From an uncultured Bacteroidia bacterium (GTDB lineage Bacteria; Bacteroidota; Bacteroidia; J057; CALAJH01): a stretch of DNA of 64,000 bases. Shown here in pieces: positions 1 through 10,123 of the stretch. The notes under the pieces were generated by a model that had not been told where the DNA came from, did not search any database, and was given only the letters and a program-made list of their open reading frames with translations. Position 1 is the first letter of the stretch; every line of letters starts with the position of its first letter. The stretch covers positions 64,107 to 128,106 of the forward strand of contig CALAJH010000030.1 of NCBI GenBank assembly GCA_937922655.1. The letters run 5' to 3'. The translations under genes and the position numbers were made by a program.

Positions 1-3000
1 TCAAACGAACGCATTGTCCGTCAACGCCCCCGGTTTTTACGTGGTTCGGGTGACGGATGCGGCGGGTTGTGCGGGTTCGGATACCATTACGGTATACGAA
101 GTTCCGAATCCGGCTCCTCAAATCGTTGCCGACGGGCCGACGGAGTTTTGCGAAGGCGCTTCGGTAACGCTGACGGTTGGGGACGGCTATTCCGCGCGCC
201 GTTGGTATTTTAACGGCAATCTCGTCGAAGGTCAAACGGACGCGTCCCTGACGGTGGATGCTTCGGGAACGTATCGTGTCGAAGTGGATTCGACGGATTT
301 GGCATGCTTCGGTTTTGACGAAGTCGAGGTGACGGTGCATCCGAATCCTACCCCCGTCGTTTCGGGGCCGGCACAAATATGCACGGGTTTCACGGGCGTT
401 TTGACCGTCGATTATCCACAATCTTACGATATATTATGGAACACCAACGAAACGGGAACGAGCATCGTGGTAACGCAGGGCGGAACTTATTCGGTAACGG
501 TTGCGAATCCGGCGACGGGATGCGTTGGTACGGCGACGTTTAACGTCGTTCAATTGGATACGTTGTCGCCGACGGTTGTCGGGCCGTATTCGTTCTGTGC
601 GGGGCAAGCGGCGACGCTGTCGGTCGTCGAAACCTTTGCCACGTACGATTGGTATCGCAACGACGTGCTTTTGAACGGCGAAAACGCCTCGACGTTGATT
701 GTCAATCAAGCGGGTGAATATCGGGTGCGGGTTACGGACGTGAACGGTTGCGCGGGTTCGGGCACGCGGACGGTGGTCGTCAATGCCTTGCCCGAGCCGC
801 AGATATTCGTTTCCACCGGCGATCTGCTACTTTGCCCGGGCGAAACGGCGACGATAGCGGTCGTGGATACGTTTGCAAGTTATTTATGGAACGGCGTTCC
901 GGGGACGCACGAATTCGTCGTGGGCGCGGCGGGCGAATATGCGTTAACGGTGGCTTCGGATTCGGGATGCGTGGCGACGGCGACGATTAGTGTGGCGGCG
1001 GCGCCCGTGCCGTCGTCGCAAATCGTCGGTCCCGCGCAATATTGCATCGGCCAAACGACGACGCTGTCCGCCGCCGTTTCCGGAATGCTTTATCTTTGGA
1101 CGCCGACGCTTGAAGAGACCTCGTCGATTACGGTATCGGAGGCGGGGACGCACACTTTGCGCGTAACCGACCCGGTTTCGGGTTGTTACTCCGAAACGAC
1201 GGTGAACGTTCCCGCGCCCGCCGACAGTCTTTTGCCCGTCATCGTGGGCGATGCGTCGTATTGTGCGGGTGGATTCGTCGAACTTTCGGTGCCGGACGGG
1301 CCGTATGCGGAATATCGTTGGTATGTTTCGGGTTCGTCGGAGGCGGCGGGTACGGGAGCGACTTTGCAGGCGACGGCGGGGAGTTACGTCGTTTGGGTCT
1401 CGAACGGACAATGTTCGGGAACGTCCGAGCCGTTTGCCGTGACGGAATTGCCGCTTCCCGACCCGCAAATTACGGGGGTGTTTGCCGTTTGCCCGGGAAG
1501 CACGTTCGAACTTTCGGCCGTTGAAGGTTACGACCAATATCTTTGGGTCTTGGACGGCGCGGAAGTTGGCGCGACGGCATCCATTTCTACGAACGTTCCG
1601 GGAGAGTATACCTTGACCGTGTCGTTGAACGGCTGTTCGGCCGTTTCCGTGCAAACGTTGGGTTTTTATCCTTTGCCCGATTCGACGATTGCGGGGCCGT
1701 TGCAAATATGCGCGGGCGAAAGCACGACGCTGTCCGCGCCAACGGGCAATTACGCCTATTTATGGATGTTGAACGGTCAGGTCGCCGGCGAAACGCAAAC
1801 TTTGACCGTGTCTCAGCCCGGCGAGGCAATGCTTCGGGTGACGGACTTGGCGACGGGTTGCGTTTCGGACTCGACGGTAGCGGTGGTTCAAGCAACGGAG
1901 TTGTTGCCCGAAATCGTCGGCGACTTTTCCGTATGCGAAGGCGCAAGCATGGTTTTGGACGCGGGCGCCGATTACGATACGTATGTATGGACGATGGGCG
2001 GCGAGCAAATCGGTTCGGGCAGGTCGGTGCAATTTACGCGTTCGGCGGGTACGTACGTTGTTCGTTTGGAGGTAACGCGCGGCGCCTGCTCGGGTTTTGA
2101 CGAGGTGGAAATCGTCTTTACGCCGGCCCCGACGACGGCAATACTTGGAAACTTGACGATTTGCGAAGGGGAAAGTACGGTATTGAGCCTTAATTCCATA
2201 CCGCCGTCGGTGGTTTGGAGATTCAACGGCGCGGATGTTTCAAACGAATCGGAGATTACGGCGTCGGAACCGGGTTTATACGAAGTCGTGGTTACCGACG
2301 AAAACGGCTGTTCGGTAACGGAAAGCGTTACGGTGACCAAGGTTTCGCCGCCGGTTTTGAGTGCAAGCGCTTCGACGGTGTGTGCGGGCGTTGCGACGGA
2401 TTTGGCGCTTACGATTGACGGCGTATCGGAATATTCGGTCGGTTGGGTAGGAGAGGGCGGACTTTCCGGCACGGGAACGTCGTTGCGCCATACGTATCCG
2501 GGCGTGGGGCAGTATCCGTTTACGGTGCGGGTTGATTACGGCGCGTGTTTTGTGGAAACGACGGGCGCGGCGGTGGTCGTAGCCCGGCCCGACGAGCCGC
2601 TCTTGATAGGCGACCGCGTGTGCGCGGGAACGTCGGCGCGTGCGTTTTCTTTGTTTGCCGGCCCGGGCGAAATCTACTGGTACGACCGTCCGACGGGGGG
2701 CGCGCCCGTTTACGTCGGCGACACCTTGTCTATTTCGTTCGTCGCCGATACGGCGACGTATTGGGCCGAAAGGGTGATAGGCGGTTGTGTGAGCGACCGC
2801 GCGTCCGTCGGCATATCCGTAGTTGCGCAACCCTTGGCGCAATTTATCGCCGACCCGCCCGTGGGTTCGGTGATGTATTTGCCCAACGCGACGGTCAAAT
2901 TCACCGCCGAAGGCTATTCGTTCAACGCGCAACGCTACCATTGGGATTTTGGCGACAGCGTTTATTCCGACGCAATCAATCCGACGCATACCTATACCGC

Positions 3001-3367
3001 CGTGGGCGAATACCGCGTGTTGCTTTATGCTTTCAACGAAAATTGCGTCGATACGTTTAGTTTGGCGCCGTTTATCGTTAAAGTTTCCGATTCGCTTGCC
3101 GTTCCGAACGTCTTTACCCCCAACGGCGACGGCGTCAACGACGTGGTCAAGATTTTTGGCATCGAAGACGCGCGTACGTACGAATTTGCCGTTTACGACC
3201 GATGGGGCGTTTATCTCTTCGGCGCCAAAAACGACAATCAACACTTCTGGGACGGCACCTTCAAAGGCCAACCTTGCCCCGAAGGCGTTTATTATTATGT
3301 TTTGAAAGCCGAAATGAATTCGGGCGCCAAACACAAATTCAAAGGTTCGATAACCTTGATTCGATAA
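1..3367 (+). CDS. Giant cell-surface repeat protein (Ig-like/PKD beta-sandwich repeats) with a T9SS type B (CHU_C, gliding-motility-associated) C-terminal sorting domain. The 5' end is cut by the window edge.
   Basis: The frame is open from nt 2, so the listed TTG at 14 is internal. About a dozen tandem 75-85 aa Cys-framed repeats are present (C.G....L.V....Y.W......G.Y.V.V.D..GC). There is a PKD motif YHWDFGDS..NPTHTY..GEY. The terminal VPNVFTPNGDGVNDVV...WDGTFKGQPCPEGVYYYV...GSITLIR is typical of the type B T9SS CTD. Confidence 0.85.
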   Translation, partial: QTNALSVNAPGFYVVRVTDAAGCAGSDTITVYEVPNPAPQIVADGPTEFCEGASVTLTVGDGYSARRWYFNGNLVEGQTDASLTVDASGTYRVEVDSTDLACFGFDEVEVTVHPNPTPVVSGPAQICTGFTGVLTVDYPQSYDILWNTNETGTSIVVTQGGTYSVTVANPATGCVGTATFNVVQLDTLSPTVVGPYSFCAGQAATLSVVETFATYDWYRNDVLLNGENASTLIVNQAGEYRVRVTDVNGCAGSGTRTVVVNALPEPQIFVSTGDLLLCPGETATIAVVDTFASYLWNGVPGTHEFVVGAAGEYALTVASDSGCVATATISVAAAPVPSSQIVGPAQYCIGQTTTLSAAVSGMLYLWTPTLEETSSITVSEAGTHTLRVTDPVSGCYSETTVNVPAPADSLLPVIVGDASYCAGGFVELSVPDGPYAEYRWYVSGSSEAAGTGATLQATAGSYVVWVSNGQCSGTSEPFAVTELPLPDPQITGVFAVCPGSTFELSAVEGYDQYLWVLDGAEVGATASISTNVPGEYTLTVSLNGCSAVSVQTLGFYPLPDSTIAGPLQICAGESTTLSAPTGNYAYLWMLNGQVAGETQTLTVSQPGEAMLRVTDLATGCVSDSTVAVVQATELLPEIVGDFSVCEGASMVLDAGADYDTYVWTMGGEQIGSGRSVQFTRSAGTYVVRLEVTRGACSGFDEVEIVFTPAPTTAILGNLTICEGESTVLSLNSIPPSVVWRFNGADVSNESEITASEPGLYEVVVTDENGCSVTESVTVTKVSPPVLSASASTVCAGVATDLALTIDGVSEYSVGWVGEGGLSGTGTSLRHTYPGVGQYPFTVRVDYGACFVETTGAAVVVARPDEPLLIGDRVCAGTSARAFSLFAGPGEIYWYDRPTGGAPVYVGDTLSISFVADTATYWAERVIGGCVSDRASVGISVVAQPLAQFIADPPVGSVMYLPNATVKFTAEGYSFNAQRYHWDFGDSVYSDAINPTHTYTAVGEYRVLLYAFNENCVDTFSLAPFIVKVSDSLAVPNVFTPNGDGVNDVVKIFGIEDARTYEFAVYDRWGVYLFGAKNDNQHFWDGTFKGQPCPEGVYYYVLKAEMNSGAKHKFKGSITLIR

Positions 3368-3377
3368 CGAACGACAC

Positions 3378-3407
3378 GGGGGCGATGCGAGTCGCCCCCG
3401 ATATTTT
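3378..3407 (+). terminator. Rho-independent terminator candidate downstream of the repeat-protein gene
   Basis: GGGGGCGA (3378-3385) pairs with TCGCCCCC (3392-3399) across a 6-nt loop. It is followed by GATATTTTG and lies 11 nt after the stop codon. Confidence 0.6.
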
Positions 3408-3605
3408 GAAAACCGTTTCAACGTTTTGTCTATTTTTAACGTTTAACAACAGGGTAAAAAGATTGGCCGAAAGAAACGGTTTTCAAACAAGTCTTTTCGC
3501 GCCGGGGTTAGACTTTTTTCCCGAATACGGCATGCATGATTATGGTTTAAGGTCGGGACGCATCGATTCAAAAACTTTACTTGAATTTTTCAAACCCGTT
3601 GGAAA

Positions 3606-4136
3606 ATGAAAATATTTTTTTCGACAATCGTCGCGTTTCATGCGGCGTTACTGTTCACGTCCTGCCAAAGAATAAAGATTGGGGAAATCAACATTCCTTT
3701 TACGATAAGTTTTGAGGCGCCCGCCGCATCGGATGAAAAGGCGTTTGAATACGAGTTGGCGCTCAAGGCGACGGATTATCCCGAATTTAACAACAATAAA
3801 GAGCGGCTTGAAAATTTGTCGCTTACGGCCGCGACGTTGCTCGTGAACGAAGTGCGTTTGGGTGAAGGTACGGTGGTCGATTTGTCACTTTATGTATCGG
3901 ATTCGACACGCAATCATTTATTTTTGACCGAGCTTAAAAATTATGAGCTTCGCGCCGACAACACGCCCCGGAATTTGCCGCTGAACGAGAACGCCAAAAA
4001 TCGAATGGTTGAATGGTTGCGCTTGGCGCCCCACAAAGTAAATTTAAAAATTTTGGGTTCGGCGGATTCCATACCTTACGATGCAAGTTTTCGATTCAAT
4101 ATCGACTTTAATCAAAAAATAAAGGTATTGATTTGA
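3606..4136 (+). CDS. Hypothetical lipoprotein
   Basis: ATG start. The N-terminal hydrophobic segment ends in a lipobox-like LLFTSC. I recognise no family motif. Confidence 0.6.
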   Translation: MKIFFSTIVAFHAALLFTSCQRIKIGEINIPFTISFEAPAASDEKAFEYELALKATDYPEFNNNKERLENLSLTAATLLVNEVRLGEGTVVDLSLYVSDSTRNHLFLTELKNYELRADNTPRNLPLNENAKNRMVEWLRLAPHKVNLKILGSADSIPYDASFRFNIDFNQKIKVLI

Positions 4137-4194
4137 TTTTTCGCCATTCCGGCGAATGCGGCGGCAATACCAAAATTTTTAAACGGACTATTTT

Positions 4195-4557
4195 ATGCGA
4201 AAGACGACAAATGCAATTTGTTGGGTCGTAATTTCGTTTACGTTGGCAAGCGGACAGGGGATATATGCGGGGGGCGCCGACGACGGTTACGATTCGATTA
4301 CGTTGGAATGGTCGAGCGCTCCCCGCGTACGAGAATGCGAAAAAGCGGATTTACCGACGGTATGGAAAGCGGGCGAACGGGTGGCGTATCGATTGCTTGA
4401 CGCGGCGCAACTTATAGACGCGGTGGGAAAAACGGTGGCGGTTTTTCGGCCGGGGCCCGACTTCGAGCTTCCGTCGGAGTTGCCCGAGGGGGTTTATTTT
4501 TTTGTTTACATGGGCGAGGGACGAAGAATACTATTGTTTAACGGGCGGGAAAATTGA
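4195..4557 (+). CDS. Small hypothetical secreted protein, possibly carrying a short T9SS-type-A-like tail
   Basis: ATG start and signal-peptide-like N-terminus (AICWVVISFTLASGQG). The C-terminal LPEGVYFFVY resembles the LPxGxYxx strand of Por secretion tails. This is weak evidence. Confidence 0.45.
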   Translation: MRKTTNAICWVVISFTLASGQGIYAGGADDGYDSITLEWSSAPRVRECEKADLPTVWKAGERVAYRLLDAAQLIDAVGKTVAVFRPGPDFELPSELPEGVYFFVYMGEGRRILLFNGREN

Positions 4558-4570
4558 CGAAATTCGCCGC

Positions 4571-5194
4571 ATGATTCCCCTTTTGGTGTTTCCGACGGAG
4601 GTGAGCGTGTCGGGAGTGATACTGGTTGTTACGCTGGCGGTGAGTTTGGCGGACTTTTTTACGGGCTTTGGTCTTCGCGAACGTTTCATTCTCAATCCTT
4701 TTCTTATTCACCACCGTCGGCAGTTTTATCGGATATTTACGTCGGCGTTGATACACGGCGATTTTTTCCATCTTGCCGTCAATATGTTCACGTTTTATTC
4801 CTTCGGGCCGTACTTGGAGCGGACGATAGGCGGCACGAAAATGGCCTATCTTTACGTCTTCGCCATCGTTGCGTCGACGCTGACCACGGTGTTCAAACAT
4901 CGAAACAACCCGGGTTACAACGCGTTGGGGGCTTCCGGAGCGGTATCCGCCGTGTTGATGAGTTTTATTGTTTTTTACCCGACGGCTATGTTGGGGGTGA
5001 TGTTTGTGATTCCGATGCCCGCGTGGGCGTTTGCGTTGCTGTACGTCGGATTTAGTTGGTATATGTCGCGTCGGGGAGGGGACAACATCGCACACGAGGC
5101 GCACTTGTGGGGAGCGCTTTCGGGTTTGGCGCTAACCTTTGTTTTTTACCCCGAGTTGGTGATTCAAACGCTGACGTTGAAACGATTTTTCTAA
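4571..5194 (+). CDS. Rhomboid-family intramembrane serine protease
   Basis: Multi-TM protein with HGDFFHLAVNM, the catalytic GASGAVSAVL and the downstream HEAHLWGALSG motifs. I chose the ATG at 4571 (MIPLLVF) over the upstream alternative at 4502, which overlaps the preceding gene. Confidence 0.85.
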   Translation: MIPLLVFPTEVSVSGVILVVTLAVSLADFFTGFGLRERFILNPFLIHHRRQFYRIFTSALIHGDFFHLAVNMFTFYSFGPYLERTIGGTKMAYLYVFAIVASTLTTVFKHRNNPGYNALGASGAVSAVLMSFIVFYPTAMLGVMFVIPMPAWAFALLYVGFSWYMSRRGGDNIAHEAHLWGALSGLALTFVFYPELVIQTLTLKRFF

Positions 5195-5224
5195 GAAACG
5201 TTATGAATGGTCGGTGAAATGGGT

Positions 5225-5232
5225 TAATTTTG
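5225..5232 (+). promoter_or_regulatory. Bacteroidota -7 box (TAnnTTTG)
   Basis: TAATTTTG lies 23 nt upstream of the ATG at 5255. Confidence 0.45.
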
Positions 5233-5254
5233 CATTTGAAAACACGTCCCCCCG

Positions 5255-6868
5255 ATGAAAAAATTAACTTTTGCCTGCTTATTCTGTGTTGTGTTTGTCG
5301 GTTTGTGCGCGGAATCGTCGGCGCAGACGTTTCGTACGGGAGTAAACATGCCCCTGTTCAATCCCGACGAGCGCACCGTTCACCAATATTTGGCGTTGAT
5401 GGCGCAAGCGGGTATGCCCGCGGCTCGTCAATTCAAATACGCCGACGCGTATTGGAAGCAGGTCGAACCGGCGGACGACGCGTGGAACTTTGTTTTTTCC
5501 GACTCCGCTTTTTTCAATCCTTACGGCGTTGTACCGGTGGGCGGCTTGTTTTCGATGCTTGGCCCCAACGACACTTTGGTTGGTTTGCAAGCGCCGTGGA
5601 AGGCTTGCGGGCAACCGTTTACCTGTTATTGGAAGCCCGAGGACAGTCTCGAAACCATCGATTACATTCGTACCGTCGTTCAACGTTACGCTTCAACGAC
5701 CCGTTATTGGGAAATCGCCAACGAAATGGAAAGCGCCTTGCCGCCGCGCGGTTTGCGCAATATTTTTGAGCAGAGCCGGTTCTTGAATTATTGTTATCGA
5801 TGGATAAAAGACGCCGACCCCAACGCCGTCGTTGTTTTTCCCGGAATATTGGGAACCTACGGCTATCCGATGTCCCAATCGTTTCATTGGCTGCGGGAGA
5901 TGATGGGCGCTCAGACCCGATTCGACGTCATGAATTTTCACGATTACAACGCATGGTGGACGCTCTGCGCCCATTACGACAGCGTTAAAAACATTCTCAA
6001 CGAGCGGGGTTTGGGACACAAGCCGATTTGGGTGACGGAAACGGGCGTTTCTTCGTCGGGCGTTTCGAGCGTTTCTCCGGGCTATTCTTCGCCCGACGAA
6101 CAGGCCGCGGACGTTTGGCGACGGACGGCGCTTTTGTGGGGTAAAGGCGCACAAGCGGTGTTTTGGCATTCGGGTTGGGGCAGTCCCGACCTGAACGAAT
6201 GGGGAGGGTTCGGCCTTGTTACCGTTGATGGAAAAAAGAAAAAATCGTTTCATGCCTTTCAACTGTTAAACGAAAAAGCCGCCGCTTTCGATTCGGTCAA
6301 AATTACAAGTTTGGGCAACGTAAGCGACGACAACGAAAACGGCGGAAACGGGGTTTGGGTTGTCGAATTTACGTTTGGAAACGATAAAAAATGGCTGATG
6401 TGGAGTCCCGACGGGCAATCGTATACGCTAAATAAAGGACGTTTGGCGGTTACGCGCGTCGTACCCGCGGAGTTGTATCACGACGGCGACTCGGCCGTTT
6501 TCGTTTCGGACACTTTTGACGTATCCGGCGAGTCTTATACTTTGGCATTGACTTCGCTTCCCGTTTGGGTCGAGGAGATACGAAAAGATTCCGTTGTTTC
6601 CGTTATGCCCGAACTTTTTGCGTCGGCCGTACGCGTTTTTCCCAATCCCGTTTCTCAAACGCTGCGCATTGAGGGGGCGGCGATTCGTCGATTGCGAATT
6701 TGGGACGCGACGGGAAAAACGGTCTGTCAAAAACATTTTTGGAATTCGCATTTGCATACGGAAATTGACGTACGGGATTGGCCCTCCGGAACGTACGCGG
6801 TGGAAATCAATGGCCGAACGCAAAAAACGTTTGTCGTCGTGAACGACGACGTTTCGCAAAAGCGCTAA
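5255..6868 (+). CDS. Secreted clan GH-A (TIM-barrel) glycoside hydrolase with a T9SS type A C-terminal sorting domain
   Basis: Signal peptide is present. YWEIANEME is a putative acid/base NE motif and IWVTETGVSS a putative nucleophile. The C-terminal VRVFPNPVSQTLRIEG...WPSGTYAVEINGRTQKTFVVVN matches a Por secretion tail. The exact GH family cannot be determined by eye. Confidence 0.75.
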   Translation: MKKLTFACLFCVVFVGLCAESSAQTFRTGVNMPLFNPDERTVHQYLALMAQAGMPAARQFKYADAYWKQVEPADDAWNFVFSDSAFFNPYGVVPVGGLFSMLGPNDTLVGLQAPWKACGQPFTCYWKPEDSLETIDYIRTVVQRYASTTRYWEIANEMESALPPRGLRNIFEQSRFLNYCYRWIKDADPNAVVVFPGILGTYGYPMSQSFHWLREMMGAQTRFDVMNFHDYNAWWTLCAHYDSVKNILNERGLGHKPIWVTETGVSSSGVSSVSPGYSSPDEQAADVWRRTALLWGKGAQAVFWHSGWGSPDLNEWGGFGLVTVDGKKKKSFHAFQLLNEKAAAFDSVKITSLGNVSDDNENGGNGVWVVEFTFGNDKKWLMWSPDGQSYTLNKGRLAVTRVVPAELYHDGDSAVFVSDTFDVSGESYTLALTSLPVWVEEIRKDSVVSVMPELFASAVRVFPNPVSQTLRIEGAAIRRLRIWDATGKTVCQKHFWNSHLHTEIDVRDWPSGTYAVEINGRTQKTFVVVNDDVSQKR

Positions 6869-6912
6869 CTTTGCGCGGCGAGGAAATTTGTCGTTTGAGC
6901 GTCAATATTTTG

Positions 6913-6920
6913 TAACTTTG
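6913..6920 (+). promoter_or_regulatory. Bacteroidota -7 box (TAnnTTTG)
   Basis: TAACTTTG lies 41 nt upstream of the ATG at 6961. Confidence 0.45.
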
Positions 6921-6960
6921 CCCGGATATGTGCCGCACGACGGCGGTTTACACACACGGC

Positions 6961-7413
6961 ATGGGTCTGAAAGAGCAAATCAACGAGGACATTAAAGCGG
7001 CAATGCGGGCCAAAGACGAGGTTGGCCTTCGCGCCCTTCGAGCGATAAAATCGGCCATTCTCTTGGCGGAAACGGCCGAAGGCGCCAAAGGCGAGCTTTC
7101 TTCCGAAGCCGAAATACAACTTTTGACCAAGCAGGTCAAACAGCGCAAGGATTCCATTGCGTCGTTCAAAGCGGGTGGACGGGAAGATTTGGCCGAAGCC
7201 GAGGCTGAAGAGCTTGCCGTCATCGAACGCTATTTGCCCCAAGCCCTTAGCGAAGAAGAAATACAAGCCGAAGTCGCCGCCCTTATTGCCGAAACGGGGG
7301 CGACGAGCGTCAAAGATTTGGGCAAGGTCATGAAGGCGGCGACGGCCAAGTTTGCCGGGCGTGCCGACGGAAAAGTTGTTTCCGAAATCGTCAAAAAACT
7401 CCTCGGAGCTTAA
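6961..7413 (+). CDS. GatB/YqeY domain-containing protein
   Basis: MGLKEQINEDIKAAMRAKDEVGLRALRAIKSAILLAE...LSEEEIQAEVAALI...GKVMKAATAKFAGRADGKVVSEIVKKLL is the canonical YqeY pattern. I chose the ATG at 6961. Confidence 0.85.
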   Translation: MGLKEQINEDIKAAMRAKDEVGLRALRAIKSAILLAETAEGAKGELSSEAEIQLLTKQVKQRKDSIASFKAGGREDLAEAEAEELAVIERYLPQALSEEEIQAEVAALIAETGATSVKDLGKVMKAATAKFAGRADGKVVSEIVKKLLGA

Positions 7414-8171
7414 TGAACGTTCGCACCGAAGGCGAATTTACATATGCGGACGCGGGTCGCGGAAGTCCCGTGCTTCTTTTACACGGTCTGTTCGGCGCCT
7501 TGTCCAACTGGACGGGATTGATAAACGGTTTTTCCGACCGTTATCGCTTGCTTTTGCCTATTCTGCCGATTTACGATGCAACGTCCAACGTGGTTCCGAG
7601 CGTCGAGGGATTGACGCGATTTGTTTTGGAGTTTATGCATCGGATAAAAATCGGGCCTTGCGCGGCGATTGGAAACTCTTTGGGCGGGCATATCGGCTTG
7701 ACACTCGCTTTGACGTCGCCGGAAATGGTCAAGGCCCTCGTTCTTACGGGAAGCAGCGGACTCTTCGAGGCGGGCATGGGCGGTTCGTCCCCGAAAATCG
7801 GCAACTACGAATACGTTAAGGAGCGCGTGGGATACACTTTTTACGACCCCGCCATCGCCGACAAACAACTTGTGGACGAAGTGTTCGATGTTGTCAACGA
7901 CCGCAACAAGGCCCTGAGAATCATCAAAATCGCTCGGGCCGCTCAAAGAACCAATATGCGCGACGAACTGCCCAAAATACACAAGCCCGTATCGTTGATA
8001 TGGGGCCTCAACGACACCATTACCCCCACCCGCGTCGCCCATGAATTTTTTTCCCTCCTTCCCCAAGTCGAAGCGTTGCATTTCATCGACCGTTGCGGTC
8101 ATGCGGCCATGATGGAACGGCCCGAAATTTTCAATCGAAAATTGGCTCCGTTTTTGGAAAAATACGCTTGA
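7413..8171 (+). CDS. Alpha/beta-fold hydrolase
   Basis: LLLHGLFG oxyanion region, nucleophile elbow GNSLGGH and C-terminal CGHAAMMERPE. The start overlaps the upstream stop (TAATG). Confidence 0.8.
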   Translation: MNVRTEGEFTYADAGRGSPVLLLHGLFGALSNWTGLINGFSDRYRLLLPILPIYDATSNVVPSVEGLTRFVLEFMHRIKIGPCAAIGNSLGGHIGLTLALTSPEMVKALVLTGSSGLFEAGMGGSSPKIGNYEYVKERVGYTFYDPAIADKQLVDEVFDVVNDRNKALRIIKIARAAQRTNMRDELPKIHKPVSLIWGLNDTITPTRVAHEFFSLLPQVEALHFIDRCGHAAMMERPEIFNRKLAPFLEKYA

Positions 8172-9485
8172 TTACATCGTCGTTATCGGTTCCCAACCGC
8201 GATTGACGAATAAATTTCGCATTCCGACCAACCACGCCAAAGAAACAACGGCAAAGACCGACACGCCGGCGGCAATAACGAAATGTTCGCGCATGGTCAT
8301 GACCGCCCCCACCGCCATCGTCGCCAAACGCGCCGCTTCGCTGTAAAACGCCCAACGGCGCAGTTCAAACAACCCGCCTATATTCGCCAAACTCAACAGC
8401 ACCGCCGCCCCGCCCATGACGCTGAACGCACTCGTTACGTCGGAGCTTGCCGCTTTGAGGTACGGCAAAGTGAAAACGACGACGGCGGCAAAATGAACGA
8501 GTGCGTAAAGCGCCACGCTTTTCGGAACGGGCGGGTCGTATTTGACGTACTCCGATTTTTTTACCTCGCGCGGGGCGATGTAGCCGCCCATGTAGTCGGG
8601 GCGCCAACCCGGTTTTTTGAATAAAATGCCCATTTTGTCCTTCAACGTTCGGGCGGCGCGAAAATTTTTAACGATGTCCGAAAAGCCGTGGACGTTTGCC
8701 CAAACCGGGTTCCAGCTTTTGATGGGAACGGTCAAGCCGTAGACCGGTTCTTCTTCCTCGGCTTGATACGTGCCGAAAATTATATCCCAAATTATAAAAA
8801 CACCCGCGTGGTTTTTGTCGATGTATTTGGGATTGACGCCGTGATGGACGCGGTGCAACGACGGCGTATTGAGCACGTATTCGAGCCATCCCAATTTTCC
8901 CACCGCGCGGGTGTGAATCCAAAACTGATAAATCAGGTTCAGCCCCCAACATACGACGTACATTTGCCACGGAACCCCCGCCAACGCCAACGGCATATAA
9001 AACACCCACGTCAAAAGACCGTGCAACGAACTTTGACGCAAGGCCACGCTCAAATTGTACTCCTCGCTTGAATGGTGAACGACGTGACCCGCCCACAAAA
9101 TATTCACCTCGTGCGACGTTCGATGCACCCAATAATACAAAAAATCCACGGCCACGAACACCGCCGCCCACGACAAAAACTCCGGCCACCGAACCCCGAA
9201 ATACGGAAATGCGTCCGAGCCGTAAAACGGGGCGCCGTAGGGTACGGCGGGTACGTCGAAAAATTGTTGTACGGACAAATTTCTTTCGACGACAATGTAA
9301 ATCCCCAGCGTTACTATTTTGAAAAATATACCCGCCACTTGACTCAACACGCCGCACGATAGGTCGGATATCGTGTCGTTGAGTCGGTAGAAATCTTTTT
9401 TTCGCCAATATCCCAATCCGATTTCCAAAAAAATCATTAAAAAGAAAAAGGGAATGGCCAATTCTATGACGTTTACGGGGTCCAT
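8172..9485 (-). CDS. Fatty acid hydroxylase / sterol desaturase superfamily membrane protein with a C-terminal multi-TM extension
   Basis: Di-iron histidine boxes HRTSH, HVVHH and HRVHH, plus NHAGVFIIWD. About 130 extra hydrophobic C-terminal residues follow. Confidence 0.75.
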   Translation of the reverse strand: MDPVNVIELAIPFFFLMIFLEIGLGYWRKKDFYRLNDTISDLSCGVLSQVAGIFFKIVTLGIYIVVERNLSVQQFFDVPAVPYGAPFYGSDAFPYFGVRWPEFLSWAAVFVAVDFLYYWVHRTSHEVNILWAGHVVHHSSEEYNLSVALRQSSLHGLLTWVFYMPLALAGVPWQMYVVCWGLNLIYQFWIHTRAVGKLGWLEYVLNTPSLHRVHHGVNPKYIDKNHAGVFIIWDIIFGTYQAEEEEPVYGLTVPIKSWNPVWANVHGFSDIVKNFRAARTLKDKMGILFKKPGWRPDYMGGYIAPREVKKSEYVKYDPPVPKSVALYALVHFAAVVVFTLPYLKAASSDVTSAFSVMGGAAVLLSLANIGGLFELRRWAFYSEAARLATMAVGAVMTMREHFVIAAGVSVFAVVSLAWLVGMRNLFVNRGWEPITTM

Positions 9486-9621
9486 TGCCGAATGATTTTA
9501 ACGTTATACAAAGTTAGCGTTTTTTTTGTAAAAATAAAAGCGGCGTACACCCCGTGTCGATTAAAAACAAACGCTTCCCGTCGGCGGAGCGATGGGGAGC
9601 GCAAGTTCGCGTGACAAGGGG

Positions 9622-9990
9622 TTATTCGACGGGGTAATCGCCTTTTAATGAAGAAAACCCGCCGACGTTGTATGCCTTGGTAAAACCGAGTTTAATCATT
9701 CTGTCCACGGCGTTTTCGCTTCTACCGCCGGCGGCGCAGTAAACGTAGTAGGTTTGGTTCTTGTCCAGTTTTCCGACGGCTTTGTCGAAGTCTTTGGAAA
9801 GTGCGTCGATGTGGATACAGCCTTTGACGTGTCCGGAGGCGTATTCTTGAGGGGTGCGTACGTCGATAAAAACGCCGCCGTGTTTGGAACGGTGTTCTTT
9901 GAGTTGCGCCGGAGTCAATGTCGGAGTTTGGGACATGGCCGTTCCCCATCCAAAAAAGTTCAACATAATTCCTATTATGATTTTATACAT
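9622..9990 (-). CDS. Secreted single-domain rhodanese-like sulfurtransferase
   Basis: Signal peptide is present. FIDVRTPQEYASGHV and the active-site loop YCAAGGRS are both seen. Confidence 0.8.
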   Translation of the reverse strand: MYKIIIGIMLNFFGWGTAMSQTPTLTPAQLKEHRSKHGGVFIDVRTPQEYASGHVKGCIHIDALSKDFDKAVGKLDKNQTYYVYCAAGGRSENAVDRMIKLGFTKAYNVGGFSSLKGDYPVE

Positions 9991-10065
9991 ATAAAAAAAG
10001 ATTCATGTATTTAACGCGTAAACAAAACGTTTGGCTGGTTTTGTTCCATAAATGTTAAAAAAATA

Positions 10066-10100
10066 TTGGGCAAAAAAGGGGTTTCTTGTCGAAACCCCTT
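10066..10100 (-). terminator. Rho-independent terminator candidate on the minus strand
   Basis: GGGGTTTC (10078-10085) pairs with GAAACCCC (10091-10098) across a 5-nt loop. Read on the minus strand it is followed by TTTTTTG. It lies just downstream of the gene ending at 10124. Confidence 0.65.
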
Positions 10101-10123
10101 TGCGCCAATCTTAGGCCGCGCGT

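Noticed and set aside
434-3421. Several long ORFs antisense to or out of frame with the first repeat-protein gene, for example 944..1705(-), 1543..2100(+), 1972..2472(-) and 2276..3421(-).
   Set aside because: Their products are Arg/Gly/Pro-rich and low-complexity with no motifs. They lie entirely inside a strongly supported coding frame, which is typical of shadow ORFs in GC-rich DNA.
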